A stretch of 64,000 nucleotides of DNA from Somniosus microcephalus (lineage: Eukaryota). The position numbers and the translations under genes are program-made. This document shows, piece by piece, positions 1-11,524 of the stretch (position 1 is its first letter; every line of letters begins with the position of its first letter). Where the stretch lies: assembly GCA_052327205.1 (NCBI GenBank), contig CM126220.1, forward strand, positions 50,716,001 to 50,780,000. Reading direction: 5' to 3'. Below the pieces are notes generated by a model, which saw only the letters and a list, made by a program, of their open reading frames with translations, was not told the DNA's origin and did not search any database.

Positions 1-596
1 ATTTTAAAACAATGCATTGGAGAGCGTTGCCTGCGCTGTAAATTCAGCGATAGCACCCCAAGCAGGAGGCGGGGCGCCACTGGAAGCGCTCCCCCATCTT
101 CCTGGGGCGCTACCATGCGCATTGGCACGTAGCGCCACGGTATTGGAGGGGCCTAGCGCTGCGCGCACTGGGGGGGCAGGGTGCCAGGAAAACAGCCCAG
201 CATTCAAGAGGAGTGCCGGGCTGACTGATTGCGGCCAGCACCCTGCTTTAAAAAAGTGGAAAGGGGCAGGTACTGGCAGGCGGCCAGGAAAAAAAAAAGG
301 CTGCCCAGCACCTGCTGTATAATTTGCATGGCCGCGGCCACAAAAACACCCCCAAACCTGTCGGATATATCGCCCAGTTGTAGGTCAGGGGCGCGACCGA
401 AGTTTGCGCCCGGGCCGCTGTGCACGGCGATTAAGTTATCGCCGGAGGCACAGCGCCGCTACCAGCTACCGCTAACCTCCCACTGAATTTTGCAGGAGTT
501 GTTAGCGGCACCGTGCCCAGGCGCTAGGGGCTTTGCACCCCGATAGTGCCCCCGGAGGCGCTAACAGGAGGTGCAAAGCAACCAAATTTTTCGCCC
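1..596. mobile_element. GC-rich non-autonomous DNA transposon fragment, probably PIF/Harbinger-type (right end)
   Basis: GC-rich block ends sharply at AAATTTTTCGCCC, resembling the terminus of the 28636-29452 element; left end lies outside the window. Confidence 0.5.
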
Positions 597-1277
597 AATA
601 TTTTTACAAAAACCACCCTCCCACTTTAAAAAAAAAAAAGATTCACTTGCATCATTTCCTAAAACAGGCAGGGAAACTGCTCTCATGTCTCAGCGATGCC
701 GAAAAGGTGCTGGTTTACTTGTTCTTCTCAGACAGTGGCAATGTTACCTTTCTTTTTCCAGCATGTTCCAAGGCAACTTGGTTAAGATCAGGTTTATTTA
801 TTGTATGGGGATATCATATATGAACCTGTATCCTACAACTCATACTGCTGTTAGCACCCACTAATTTATCAGGTGCTTTACTGCTATTCTAACAAATTAT
901 TCACATATCTATTTTCAAAATGTTACACAACGAAGTTGATAGTTTAATAAAACTGCTTGCTTTAAAGACAATTGGTGTTCACAAAATGCTGCTGTAAAGT
1001 TGAGCGAAAAGAATGTACTTTCCAAACACTGTTAAACTGTATAAAAAAATCAGCTGTAACCTGGATAAAATGTATTTTTCCATTTTAACTGTATGATAAA
1101 GAAACTGAATGGATTAATTCATTGATGCTGGGAGCACAAAAATGTAACCAATTGTCTATTGTTGCATTTCACATAATTGTGTTTCAAGAAATAAGGATGG
1201 ACTACAATTCTGAAATTCTTCTTTAAAGTTTTACAGTACTTGAATATTCATTCCAGCTTTAGTTCAGAGTTGCTAAC

Positions 1278-1420
1278 CTTTGAGTTCTCCATGACCTACT
1301 CTTCCAAGTCTCCCCATTACAATTCTCCATGGCAGTGATGTCATCTGCATAATTCCGACACACCATTCCCATAGCTTCTGCAAGCCGATTTTACGGGCAG
1401 GCACTTTACTTCTCCTTGAC
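1278..1420 (-). CDS. MED13L: MED13L exon 25 (143 nt), [47 protein letters not shown]
   Basis: Read by hand; tttccag|GTC ... AAAG|gttagc. Confidence 0.96.
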
Positions 1421-2165
1421 CTGGAAAACATAATAGTTCAATATTTCAGATTGATATCTTGCAGTTCTTGGGCAAGAAAAGGTGCTTGCTGCATGCGTCG
1501 AACTGAGGGGATATTACAACATGCTATTACACTGACTTGTTCTAAATTCCCATCAATTAAAATTCAGAGTGAACGGCACCACAGTTACTTTAAAAAAATC
1601 AAATCAACACCACTCAGTCTTGGTGTAAATGGAACTAATCATATAACTAATCATATAACTGCAATTAGTGGCCATGTACCTCTAGTCTCTTTTTAGTCTG
1701 TCATTTTTACAGTAACTGCCCATTACTAAAATATGGGTAAAGCACCACACACCACATACACTTCAATTTCCACTGACCTTGTCAGGAGCAAAAATTAACT
1801 GGATTCTCCAACTCGTGAACAGGCCTATAATTTTTTTAATTCTATACATCCAAGTGATCTACTATTAACTGAGCAACGTACAAAAGCTATCCATTTTCAT
1901 GCCAGATCATACAATGTCAAACATACACCATGCTTAGTTTTTGAAAGGTTAGTACAACGACTAATTTATTCTTCAGATGCAGTTGGTTACATAATCACAT
2001 CTGAAGATAGCGGCAGAATGCTCGTCCTAGTCAAGATTGATACATAATTTCTAGTTCCAGTAATCCTGCATTTAGGCATGTAAACAGAACACTGCCAGTA
2101 AGGTTTTGAGTCATAATCAGTTAATATTAGGTTTAAGCTTCTCTTTCATGGTATGAAAATAAATG

Positions 2166-5100
2166 ACCTATCGAGAGGATAAAGAGCGGCCCGAGAGCAG
2201 AGCTGAATGAAACCACCGGCAAGGCTCTGAATCAAAAACAACATCAAAGAGTGGCGTCACAGGAGAGCAGGAAGGTGATTGGTTGGTGAGTATTACAGCA
2301 TTTTGTGCTCTCGAATTTAGGGAAGGGGGTTAAATTAAGAGCTGAGAAACTGTAACTTGCTAGTACTTACTAAATTAAAGTAACTAAAATAATCAAGCAA
2401 TAAGCCTAAATTATCAATTGAATAAAATCTTTAACTAATTAATTCATAAATAAAACAAGGTTAGAGAAAGCATGGCAGGGGACCTCAGTCCTGTGCGTTG
2501 CACGGCCTGCAGCATGTGGGAATTCCTAGGCGCTTTTGGCAGTCAGGATGACCACATGTGCAGTAAGTGCCAACGGTTTGGCCAACTTGAGATCCAGTTT
2601 TTGGAGCTCGAACGTCAGCTGGAGGCACTGCGGTGTATCCGCGAGGATGAGAGTTACGTGGATAGCACGTTTTTAGACGTGGTCACCCCGCAGCTTAAGA
2701 GGAAATGGGTGACCACCAGTCAGAAGGGGGGCAGGCAGGTAGTCAGGAAAGCCCCAGAGTGCATCTCACTCAACAACCGTTTTTGTGTGTTGGAAAATGG
2801 TGAAAGTGATGGTTCCTCTGGGGAGTGCAGCCAGAGCCAAGTTCACGGCACTGTGGGTGGCTCAGCTGCACAAGGGGGGAGGAGTAAGAGTGGAAGGGCA
2901 ATAGTGGTAGGAGACTCAATAGTGAGGGGTGCAGACAGGCGTTTCTGCGGCCACAGAAGTGACTCCAGGATGGTATGTTGCCTCCCTGGTGCCAGGGTCA
3001 AGGATGTCACTGAACGGCTGCAGGGCATTCTGAAGGGGGAGGGCGAATAGTCCAAGGTCGTGGTTCACATTGGTACCAATGACATAGGTAGAAAGAAGGA
3101 TGAGGTCCTGCAACAAGAATTTGGGGAGCTAGGTAGCAGATTAAAAAGCAGGGCCTCAAAGGTTGTAATCACTGGATTACTCCCAGTGCCACGTGCTAGT
3201 GAATATAGGAATAGGAGGATAGAGCAGATGAATGCGTGGCTAAAGAGTTGGTGCAGGAGGGAGGGCTTTAGTTTCCTGGATCACTGGGTCTGTTTCTGGG
3301 GAAGGTGGGACCTGTACAAGTCGGACGGGTTGCACCTGAACCGGAACGGGACCAACATCCTTGCGGGGAGGTTTGCTAGTGCTGTTGGGGGAGGTTTAAA
3401 CTAACTTGGCAGGGGGATGGGCTACAGAGTGGAGCTATAGTAGGGGGTGATGCAGAGCCAAATATAGAGGAAAAAACACAAGAAGGTAGAGCAAATATGT
3501 AACGGCACAAGGGAGTAGGGCAAGGCTGGATGGCATTTATTTTAATGCAAGGAGTCTTGCGAGTAAGGCAGATGAATTGAAGGTGTTGATGAACACATGG
3601 GAGTATGATATTGTTGCTATCACAGCGACATGGTTGAGGGAGGGGCAGGACTGGCAGCTCAATATTCCGGGGTATAGAATCTTCAGGCAAGACAGAGTGG
3701 GTGTAAAAGAGGGGTGTCGCAATATTAATCAAGGAGTCAATTACTGTTGTAAGGAGGGATGATATCTTAGCAGGTTCCTCTAATGAGGCCATATGGGTAG
3801 AACTTAAAAACAAAAAGGGGGCAAGCACTTTGCTGGGAGTGTACTATAGGCCCCCAAAAAGTCAGGGGGGGATAGAAGAACAGATATGTGAGCAAATCTC
3901 AGAAGTGTAGAAATAATAGGGTAATAATTGTAGGGGATTTCAACTTCCCCAATATTAACTGGGATAGTCAGAGTGTGAAAGGCTTAGAGGGTGCGGAATT
4001 CTTAAAGTGCATCCAGGAGAGCTTTTTGAGCCAGTCTGTAGAAAGTCCTACAAGAGAGGGGGCGGTACTGGGCCTAATTCTAGAGAATGTAGCCGGGCAA
4101 ATGGTAGAAGTGTCAGTAGGAGAGCATTTTGGTGACAGTGACCATAATTCGGTGAGATTTAAGGTAGTCATGGAAAAGGACAAACATGGACTGGAAATAA
4201 AGGTTCTAAATTGGGGGGGGGGGGGGAAGGCCGATTTTAATATGATAAGGCAGGATCTGGCCAAAAGGTGGACTGGGATCAGCTACTTGTAGGAAAATCC
4301 ACATCAGAGCAGTGGGAGTCTTTCAGAAAGGAAATAGGGAGAGTACAACGTCAACATGTTCCCGTAAAGGTCATGGGGGGGGGGGGGGGAACCAACAAGC
4401 CCAGGAAACCATGGATGCCATGAGATATACAAGAATGGATTAGGGAAAAAAGGGAGGCTTTTGGCAGATACAAATAAAAACAGTGGAAGCCCTAGAGGAG
4501 TATAGAAAGTGCAGGGGGATACTTAAAGAAATTAGGAGTGAAGAGGGGGCATGAAAAAACACTGGCAGGTAAAATAAAGGAAAATCCCATGGTGTTTTAT
4601 AAGTATATTAAGGGCAAGAGGATAACCAGGGAAAGAGTAGGGCCCATTAAGGACCAAAGTGGCAATCTGTGTGCAGAGCCAGAAAATGTAGGTGAGGTTT
4701 TAAATGAATATTTTGCATCTGTGTTCATTATGGAGAAGGGCGATGTAGACAGAAATCAGGCAGGGGGATTGTGATGTACTTGAACAAATTAGTATTGAGA
4801 GGGAGGAGGTACTAGCGGTTTTAGCAGGTTTAAAAGTGGATAAATCCCCAGGCCCAGGCGAGATGTATTCCAGGCTGCTGTGTGAGGCAAGGGAGGAGAT
4901 TGGAGGGGCTCTGACACAAATTTTCAGAACCTCTCTGGCCACAGGGTAGGTGCCAGAGGACTGGAGGACAGCTAACGTAGTACCATTATTCAAGAAGGGT
5001 AGTAGGGGTATAGGCCAGTGAGCCTAACATCAGTGGTAGGGAAATTATTGGAAAAAATTGAGGGACAGAATTAGTCTCCACTTGGAGAGGCAAGCATTAA

Positions 5101-6370
5101 ATCAAGGATAGTCAGCATGGCTTTGTCAGGGGGGGGGGGGGGGGGGAATCATGTCTAACCAATTTGATTGCATTTTTCGAAGGGGTGACTAGGTGTGTGG
5201 ATGAGGGTAGTGCAGTTGATGTAGTCTACATGGACGTCAGTAAGGCTTTTGACAAGTCCCGCATGGGAGACTGGTCAAGAAGATAAGAGCCCATGGGATC
5301 CAGGGCAATTTGGCACATTGGATCCAAAATTGGCTTAGCAGCAGGAGGCAGAGGGTAATGGTTGAAGGTTGTAGGTTGTTTTTGTGACTGGAAGCCTGTG
5401 TCCAGTGGTGTACCGCAGGGATCGGTGCTGGGTCCCTTGCTGTTTGTAGTGTACATTAATGATTTAGATATGAATGTAGGAGGTATGATCAGTAAGTTCG
5501 CAGATGACACGAAAATTGGTGGAGTGGTAAATAGCGAGGTGGGAAATCTCAGGCTACAGGACCATATAGACAGGTTGGTCAGACGGGCAGAACAGTGGCA
5601 AATGCAATTTAACCCTGAAAAGTGTGAGGTGATGCATTTTGGGAGGACCAACAAGGCAAAGGAATACACAATGAATGGTAGGACCCTAGGAAGGACAGAA
5701 GATCAGAGGGATCTTGGCATGCATGTACATAGATCCCTGAAGGCAGCAGGACAGGTAGATAAGGTGGTTAAGAAGGCATATGGGATACTTATATTCTGGA
5801 GCTGTACAAAACACTAGTTAAGCCACAGCTGGAATACTGTGTGCAGTTCTGGTCGCCACACTATAGGAAGGATGTGATTGCATTAGAGAGGTGCAGAGGA
5901 GATTCACCAGGATGTTACCTGGGCTGGAGCGTTTCAGCTATGAAGAGAGACTGGACAGGCTGGGTATTGTTTTCCTTAGAGCAAAAGGCGGCTGAGGGAG
6001 GACCTGATTGAGGTGTACAAAATTATGAGGGGCATAGATAGGGTAGATAGAAAGGAACTTTTCCCCTTAGTAGAGGGGTCAATAACCAGGGGGCATAGTT
6101 ACAAGGTAAGGGGCAGGAGAGTTAGAGGGGATTTGAGGAAAAACCTTTTCACCCAGAGGGTGGTTGGAATCTGGAACTCACTGCCTGAAAGGGTGGTAGA
6201 GGCAGGAACACTCACAACATTCAAGAAGCATTTAGATGAGCACTTGAAACGCCATAACATACAAGGCTACGGACCAAGTGCTGGAAAATGGGATTACAAT
6301 AGATAGGGCTTGATGGCCGGCGTGGATACGATGGGCCGAAGGGCCTCTTTCTGTGCTGTATAACTATGAC
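2166..6370 (+). mobile_element. Near full-length CR1 LINE (ORF1 plus degenerate APE-RT ORF2), antisense to MED13L
   Basis: ORF2 motifs GDFNFP, SDH, GVPQGSVLGP, KFADDT and FTQRVVGIWNSLP; 3' hairpin ...GGGCCGAAGGGCCT... and CTATGA tail; weak candidate TSD TAAATG (2160-2165, 6371-6376). Confidence 0.93.
2472..3404 (+). pseudogene. CR1 ORF1p: Cys-rich zinc-finger/leucine-zipper N-terminus plus SGNH esterase; one in-frame TAG at 3048-3050
   Basis: CTACSMW...CSKC, IVVGDSIVRG, HIGTND, DGLHLN; ORFs 2472-3050 and 3060-3404 are in the same frame. Confidence 0.88.
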
Positions 6371-6652
6371 TAAATGGGCTATGATAAAAACACAAATTAG
6401 TATAAGTGATTAAATAGGAATGTTGTCATCAGAGCAAAACAGTCAAAACATCATATTGCAGTAATTTTATGTTTAGCATCTGCTGATTACTATTTTATGA
6501 AGATTACTTGAAATGGATGCCTGTTATTTTAGCAAGGCATCTTAAAGTAAAAAAGCCAGTCTACATGCAGTTATTGTCTAGGTTTACTTTTAACCTGCTT
6601 GAAATAAAACGTGATTCATAATGTAAGAGTCAATTTGAACATAAATTCCTAC

Positions 6653-6876
6653 CTGTTTGGTACATCAATGTTTAAGATGCAGGTCTCCAGTAATTCCCCA
6701 TGAAGGTCTGTACAGGATGCCAGTAGCCATCTCTGATCATGGGATAAACAATATCCAACAAAGAGCACATTGTACTTCTGGCTTGCCTCTCCAAACGTCT
6801 CACCTAGCTCTGTCTGTTTGTCCTTAATTGGCGCTAAGATATAAGGAGGTGAATACACTTGGATCGGATGGGGACG
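6653..6876 (-). CDS. MED13L: MED13L exon 24 (224 nt), ...[32 protein letters not shown]...
   Basis: ttccag|CGT ... ACAG|gtagga. Confidence 0.96.
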
Positions 6877-7553
6877 CTGGAATTGAAAAAAAAAATCTTT
6901 CAATTTGACAGTGCATCCTAAAACTATTTTTCCTTTTAAAAAGTAATTTTAGCCATGAAATCAGAAGGCCGCTAGACTCTTCCCTATAAGGAGGGAGGGA
7001 ACAAGAGTACAAGTCACCTTCTCATGGCCATTTAAAGCAACATTGAAAGAGAACATGAAGCCAGCTGGTTAACCATTCTCTCAGCACAGGTAATGCTACG
7101 TGGAAGAAATTAAATTATTCATCAGGTAACTGTCACAGACTAAACAAGGCTCCACAGCACCATAACATAAAACATTGTTTTTTCAGGAGAGGGTGGGAAA
7201 TGGGAGAATTAAAATGCATTATATGTTAGGTTTGCAAGTATAATGTAAGCTATCGTAACAGAACACTTAAGAACTTAAGACTAAGGAATGTACAATTGTA
7301 TTTCTCTAATGGTTAAAAAAAGTGCAAAACACAAGCAGGCACTAAAACATGGCATATAACTGGAAAGTGTATTCCATAGCAAGTGGTCAGGAGGTTAGAA
7401 CGATAGTAAACATTCTTTCAAACTGATATTACACCTGACCTTTTACATGCAGAATTTTACTTGAAATATTTATAATGGACAGCAAGACCATTGATGTGCA
7501 ATAATTAGTGCAAGAACAGTAAATATCAATACAAGTTACAAACTAATACGCAC

Positions 7554-7742
7554 CTCTGAATGCTTAAGGGTCATATCTATTGTGGAAGCAGGACCAAAGC
7601 CAGTTAGTGATTTAATGTGGATCTGTGTGGGAAGCGGCCGTCTGCATTGAGTGTAAACTGAGAATGCCAGTGATTTTAAGTGCTGGATATAGAAAGTGTG
7701 ATCATCTTTCACTGGTTGTAGTAGATACTGGCAAGGCACAAT
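7554..7742 (-). CDS. MED13L: MED13L exon 23 (189 nt), IVPCQYLLQ...QCRRPLP...KSLTGFGPA...
   Basis: tttcag|ATT ... AGAG|gtgcgt. Confidence 0.96.
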
Positions 7743-7851
7743 CTGAAACAAAACAAAAGTTTCACGCTTCTATGCATCACATTGTGAGGTAACAGCTTTA
7801 ATGCAATACCTTTAAAGCAGGCAGAAGTCTAATTGCTGAAGCATACTTGTA

Positions 7852-8173
7852 CAGGAAACTTTCTTTTATCCGGCACGGACGGGACCGACGTGGTGCCGGT
7901 TCATCAAAAATTCCGGATAACCGAACGCTATAGTAAAAGATAGGGAGAGCTGACAGCTCCGTATAAAGCAACAAACCCTGTTGCTTAGCAACAACTGTAG
8001 AACAATGAACACAAGTTTCAAGCGTCTCTGTAGCTTAGCAACAGCTGCAGCCACACCCTTGCACAGCACAGATGGAAGGCAGCAAATAAATATGAAGTAA
8101 AACCTACTCCTGAATTTTGCCAGTTAACCGACATTTCCGGTTATTTAGGTGCCGGTAAATCGAAAGTTTCCTG
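7852..8173. mobile_element. Tc1/mariner (Tigger/pogo-like) MITE, copy A
   Basis: TIR CAGGAAACTTTC...GAAAGTTTCCTG with TA on both flanks (7850-51, 8174-75). Confidence 0.9.
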
Positions 8174-8341
8174 TACAACACAAACAAATCCTTTGTATGA
8201 TGAAGCTTAGCCAGTTCTATGTTCGGCATTAATGTAAAATGGGTTTTCGAATAAAACAAAAAACCCGAGTGCTATGGAACACTTAAGTGAATTTTTAAAA
8301 TTAATAGGTAACATGTAAAAAAAGATTTAATTTCAAATTAC

Positions 8342-8561
8342 CTGGACAGTGAATGCATTCCTCATATGCTCTGGCAGATTATCCAGCATCTCCATGTAGC
8401 ACCGTAACAGGCCTAGCAGCCATCCACTTGTAAAAGATGACTCTTCTTCTGAGGAATATGTAAAAGGATCAACAAGATAGATGACGACAGCTGGTGGATA
8501 TGCATTGCTGTCAGCTGACTCAGCTTCAGTAGGAATTCCTATCCGCTCCCTTTCTGTAGTA
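8342..8561 (-). CDS. MED13L: MED13L exon 22 (220 nt), [11 protein letters not shown]...[12 protein letters not shown]...LLRCYMEML...TVQ
   Basis: gttgcag|TAC ... CCAG|gtaatt. Confidence 0.96.
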
Positions 8562-9289
8562 CTGCAACAGTAAAACATATGGAGGTGAAATGACAAATAT
8601 TGTTCAACTCATTTATGATCACACATACTTCAACATTTTGTTCCATCTCAAGTGTAAAATGCACACTTCAAAAGCAAAGCTTCTATCAGCACCTCTCCCA
8701 TAGCACTGCAGTGGCCAAGGAGCAGATACAACTTTGTCGTTGATTAATTGCTCCTGCTCGGTCTTGTCCTGTCCTCATCCTTCTCCATCTCTTCAGTTGC
8801 CAAGGTCTCAGACAGTGTTTCAGTCTATGCTGCACTGGCTTTCAGGAAGTGGGAGTTGATAAAAGGCTCAATTGAAAGATTAATGGAGGCTCTCAAGGCC
8901 CAATCATTATGCATTTGGCAATCAATTTGCTAGAGTGTAATTTCGTAACATAAAATATATCTAATAGATTAACGGTCAACCTCTGACAGCCTTATAGTGG
9001 CCTATAATTTTGATAGTACATGATTAGGATGTGTGGAAGTATCTATTTCTCTGTATGGTATACTCAACAAATTTTACATATATATATATACACACACTTC
9101 AAGAAATGTTCCAGCTATGGTAGTTAAAATGCTTTACACTGCTGTGACTACACAAGTCCTAGGGCTGCCCGTCACCAAACCCCATTATGTAAAAGTAGTT
9201 ATATAAGTTCTTAACTAAGCTTATAATGTACATAAAAATCTCTATAAATAAATGCAACCATTACTGATGTCTGCATACATCACACTTAC

Positions 9290-9752
9290 CTCTCTTGTAC
9301 TTCTTGCTGCTGTGCAGAACTCTGGGCATCTGAATCTCCACTTCCACTAGGTGTACTCCCTGGAGGTCTCTCTGTACTAGTGCTTGAGCTACCACTCTGC
9401 ACCGGAGCAGCCCCAACAGTCCCACCAAATCCTGAAGAGGATGAGGTTGTTCCTGTCTGATGCAAAACTGGGGTAGTGGTTGTGGTGGTAGTGGAGGTAG
9501 TAGAAGTGGAACAGGTACCTGTTGACCCACTTCCTACACCAGAGCTGCCAGTTGTTGCAGTGCTACTGCCAGTGCTGGTTGCGGAAGTAACTGTAGTGCC
9601 AGTTGTCACTGGTGCAGAAGTACCCCCCGTTCCCGATGGTGGTCCACTGCTTCCAGATGTTGCCTGCCCCTGGGTACCAGAAGATGATGTTGGCTGGTGT
9701 TTTGGTGGAATCAGCAGGCTGTTGTCCAGCTGAAGTGTAGCCAGGTAAGGTG
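9290..9752 (-). CDS. MED13L: MED13L exon 21 (463 nt), [17 protein letters not shown] followed by a Ser/Thr/Gly-rich region
   Basis: aatccag|CAC ... AGAG|gtaagt; ORF 9286-9609. Confidence 0.94.
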
Positions 9753-10056
9753 CTGGATTTTAAGGGGTAAAAGGAACATTTATAGAATTAGTAAGCGAAT
9801 TTGAAGAACTGTTTTTCAGCAATTAATATATCTTGTACAATCAAATAAATGCACATAAACTGTGGTTTTTAAGATAACTAAGTGATTTAAAATAAACTTT
9901 TACAACCAATCTCAGCATCATACAATTTAATCTCCTACAACAAAAAGGTAAATAAAATCGAAGAATTACAAGACTGCTGAAGTTGGCATTCTTTAATGAG
10001 GAACAGATTGCTCATTCTTTTCAGAAAAAAACATGAACATTAATTATTACACTTAC

Positions 10057-10249
10057 CCAAGTGATGGCGACAGACTTGAGCATAGAGTTTTAACTTGGCA
10101 AGATTGTCATTCTCGTCACTAACCCAGGCTTGAGAGAACCACTCATCGACAGATTCATCCGCTAGCTTTTTTGCAGAACTCTTACCAACCCGCATGATTC
10201 CATCTCTCAATACTTTACAGATAGGTCTATGCTCACCAAGTCTGCATGT
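10057..10249 (-). CDS. MED13L: MED13L exon 20 (193 nt), [22 protein letters not shown]...[13 protein letters not shown]
   Basis: Read by hand; ttaacag|ACA ... TTGG|gtaagt. Confidence 0.96.
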
Positions 10250-10918
10250 CTGTTAAAATAAAATTGTATTCAAGTCAATAAGCAAGCACGGAGAATATGT
10301 TTGATCAAATGGGAGGAAATATAATTACAAACAATCTGCTGGGCTGCCCTGTTTTTCTGAAGATGTAAGTATACTTAATATCCTTTAAATATTTTTAAAA
10401 ACAGGTATCTTCAACATAAAATGTTACCAAGCGCTTAAAAGATGAACATTCAAGTGGCTAAATGTTAGCTTCTTTTTTTATGTTGATATACAATCTACTG
10501 CTGTTAATTCAAATTTGTTGCTTACATTTAAAAAATTCCAAGTTATCCAGTAAGTTTGAACTAAACAACTTTGAATTAACAAGGTGCATTTCCCACCCAA
10601 TCATAGTTCAAGTTTCAGTCCAGAAAGTTCCCAGTTGTTGTTTTTATTTCCAAAACACATTAGATTACTTCAAGTTAATTTTACCAAATAAAAGTTCCTG
10701 CAAGTCTAAAATAATTCATTGTCCCTGTTGCATTACCCTTAGTATTTTTGCATCAACAAAGCACAACAGTGGTGCTGAATAACCAAAGATTCAAAGAATT
10801 AATTCTGACTTGTAATAATTAAACTTCCTACAATTTTCTTAAAGTATTATTTTTACAGTAAAATTACTATTGCATAGTTATATACATTTGCTTTATGTTG
10901 TTAAGCATTTATTCTGAC

Positions 10919-11142
10919 CTCATATACAGCACTAAGATCCCTGAAGAAATTTTTGGCTCCAGTGAGCAAGGCCTCATTTTCTGGACAGACCACAATGTAG
11001 GCTACGTCACGCTGAGAACCGTATGGTTCTAGAAGCAGCTTCTCCCAAAAGGGCAGTGCAAAAGGGGAGATCATCAGGAAGTCTTTATCGTAGCCCAGAA
11101 GCAGTGTGGGGATAGGGAGTGGCTCTGGTGATTCTTCTGAAC
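10919..11142 (-). CDS. MED13L: MED13L exon 19 (224 nt), [18 protein letters not shown]...[12 protein letters not shown]...[10 protein letters not shown]
   Basis: Read by hand; tgttcag|GTT ... TGAG|gtcaga. Confidence 0.96.
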
Positions 11143-11524
11143 CTGAACAAAAGACAGTGATATGACATTAACCTTTTTGAGATAATACCAGAACTTTGCA
11201 AATATAAACATTTTCTTACTATCAGATTTCCCTAGTCTATAATGCATTACATATCATGGCAAAACAGCCAAGAGAATAATTTCTACTTATTGATACTTGG
11301 TAGCAATTCAGACCAACTATAAAACAATGTTTACCAGTAATCACATGACTAATTGGAGCTGTACAATATTTTAAACTCGTCCCATTACCTCTATTGTACC
11401 GTTTTGGTAACCTTTTGTAATTATGAAACCTGGGTATAGCTATCACTTTGTGGGCTGTACATCTTCATATTAAAATTTCTTTTATCTGCTATGTACATCA
11501 AGTCTATCATCAATGTTGCGAAGA

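Noticed and set aside
8690-8940. Coding-looking acidic stretch in intron 21 (TETLSETLATEEMEKDED)
   Set aside because: In-frame stops, no convincing splice sites and no family I recognise.
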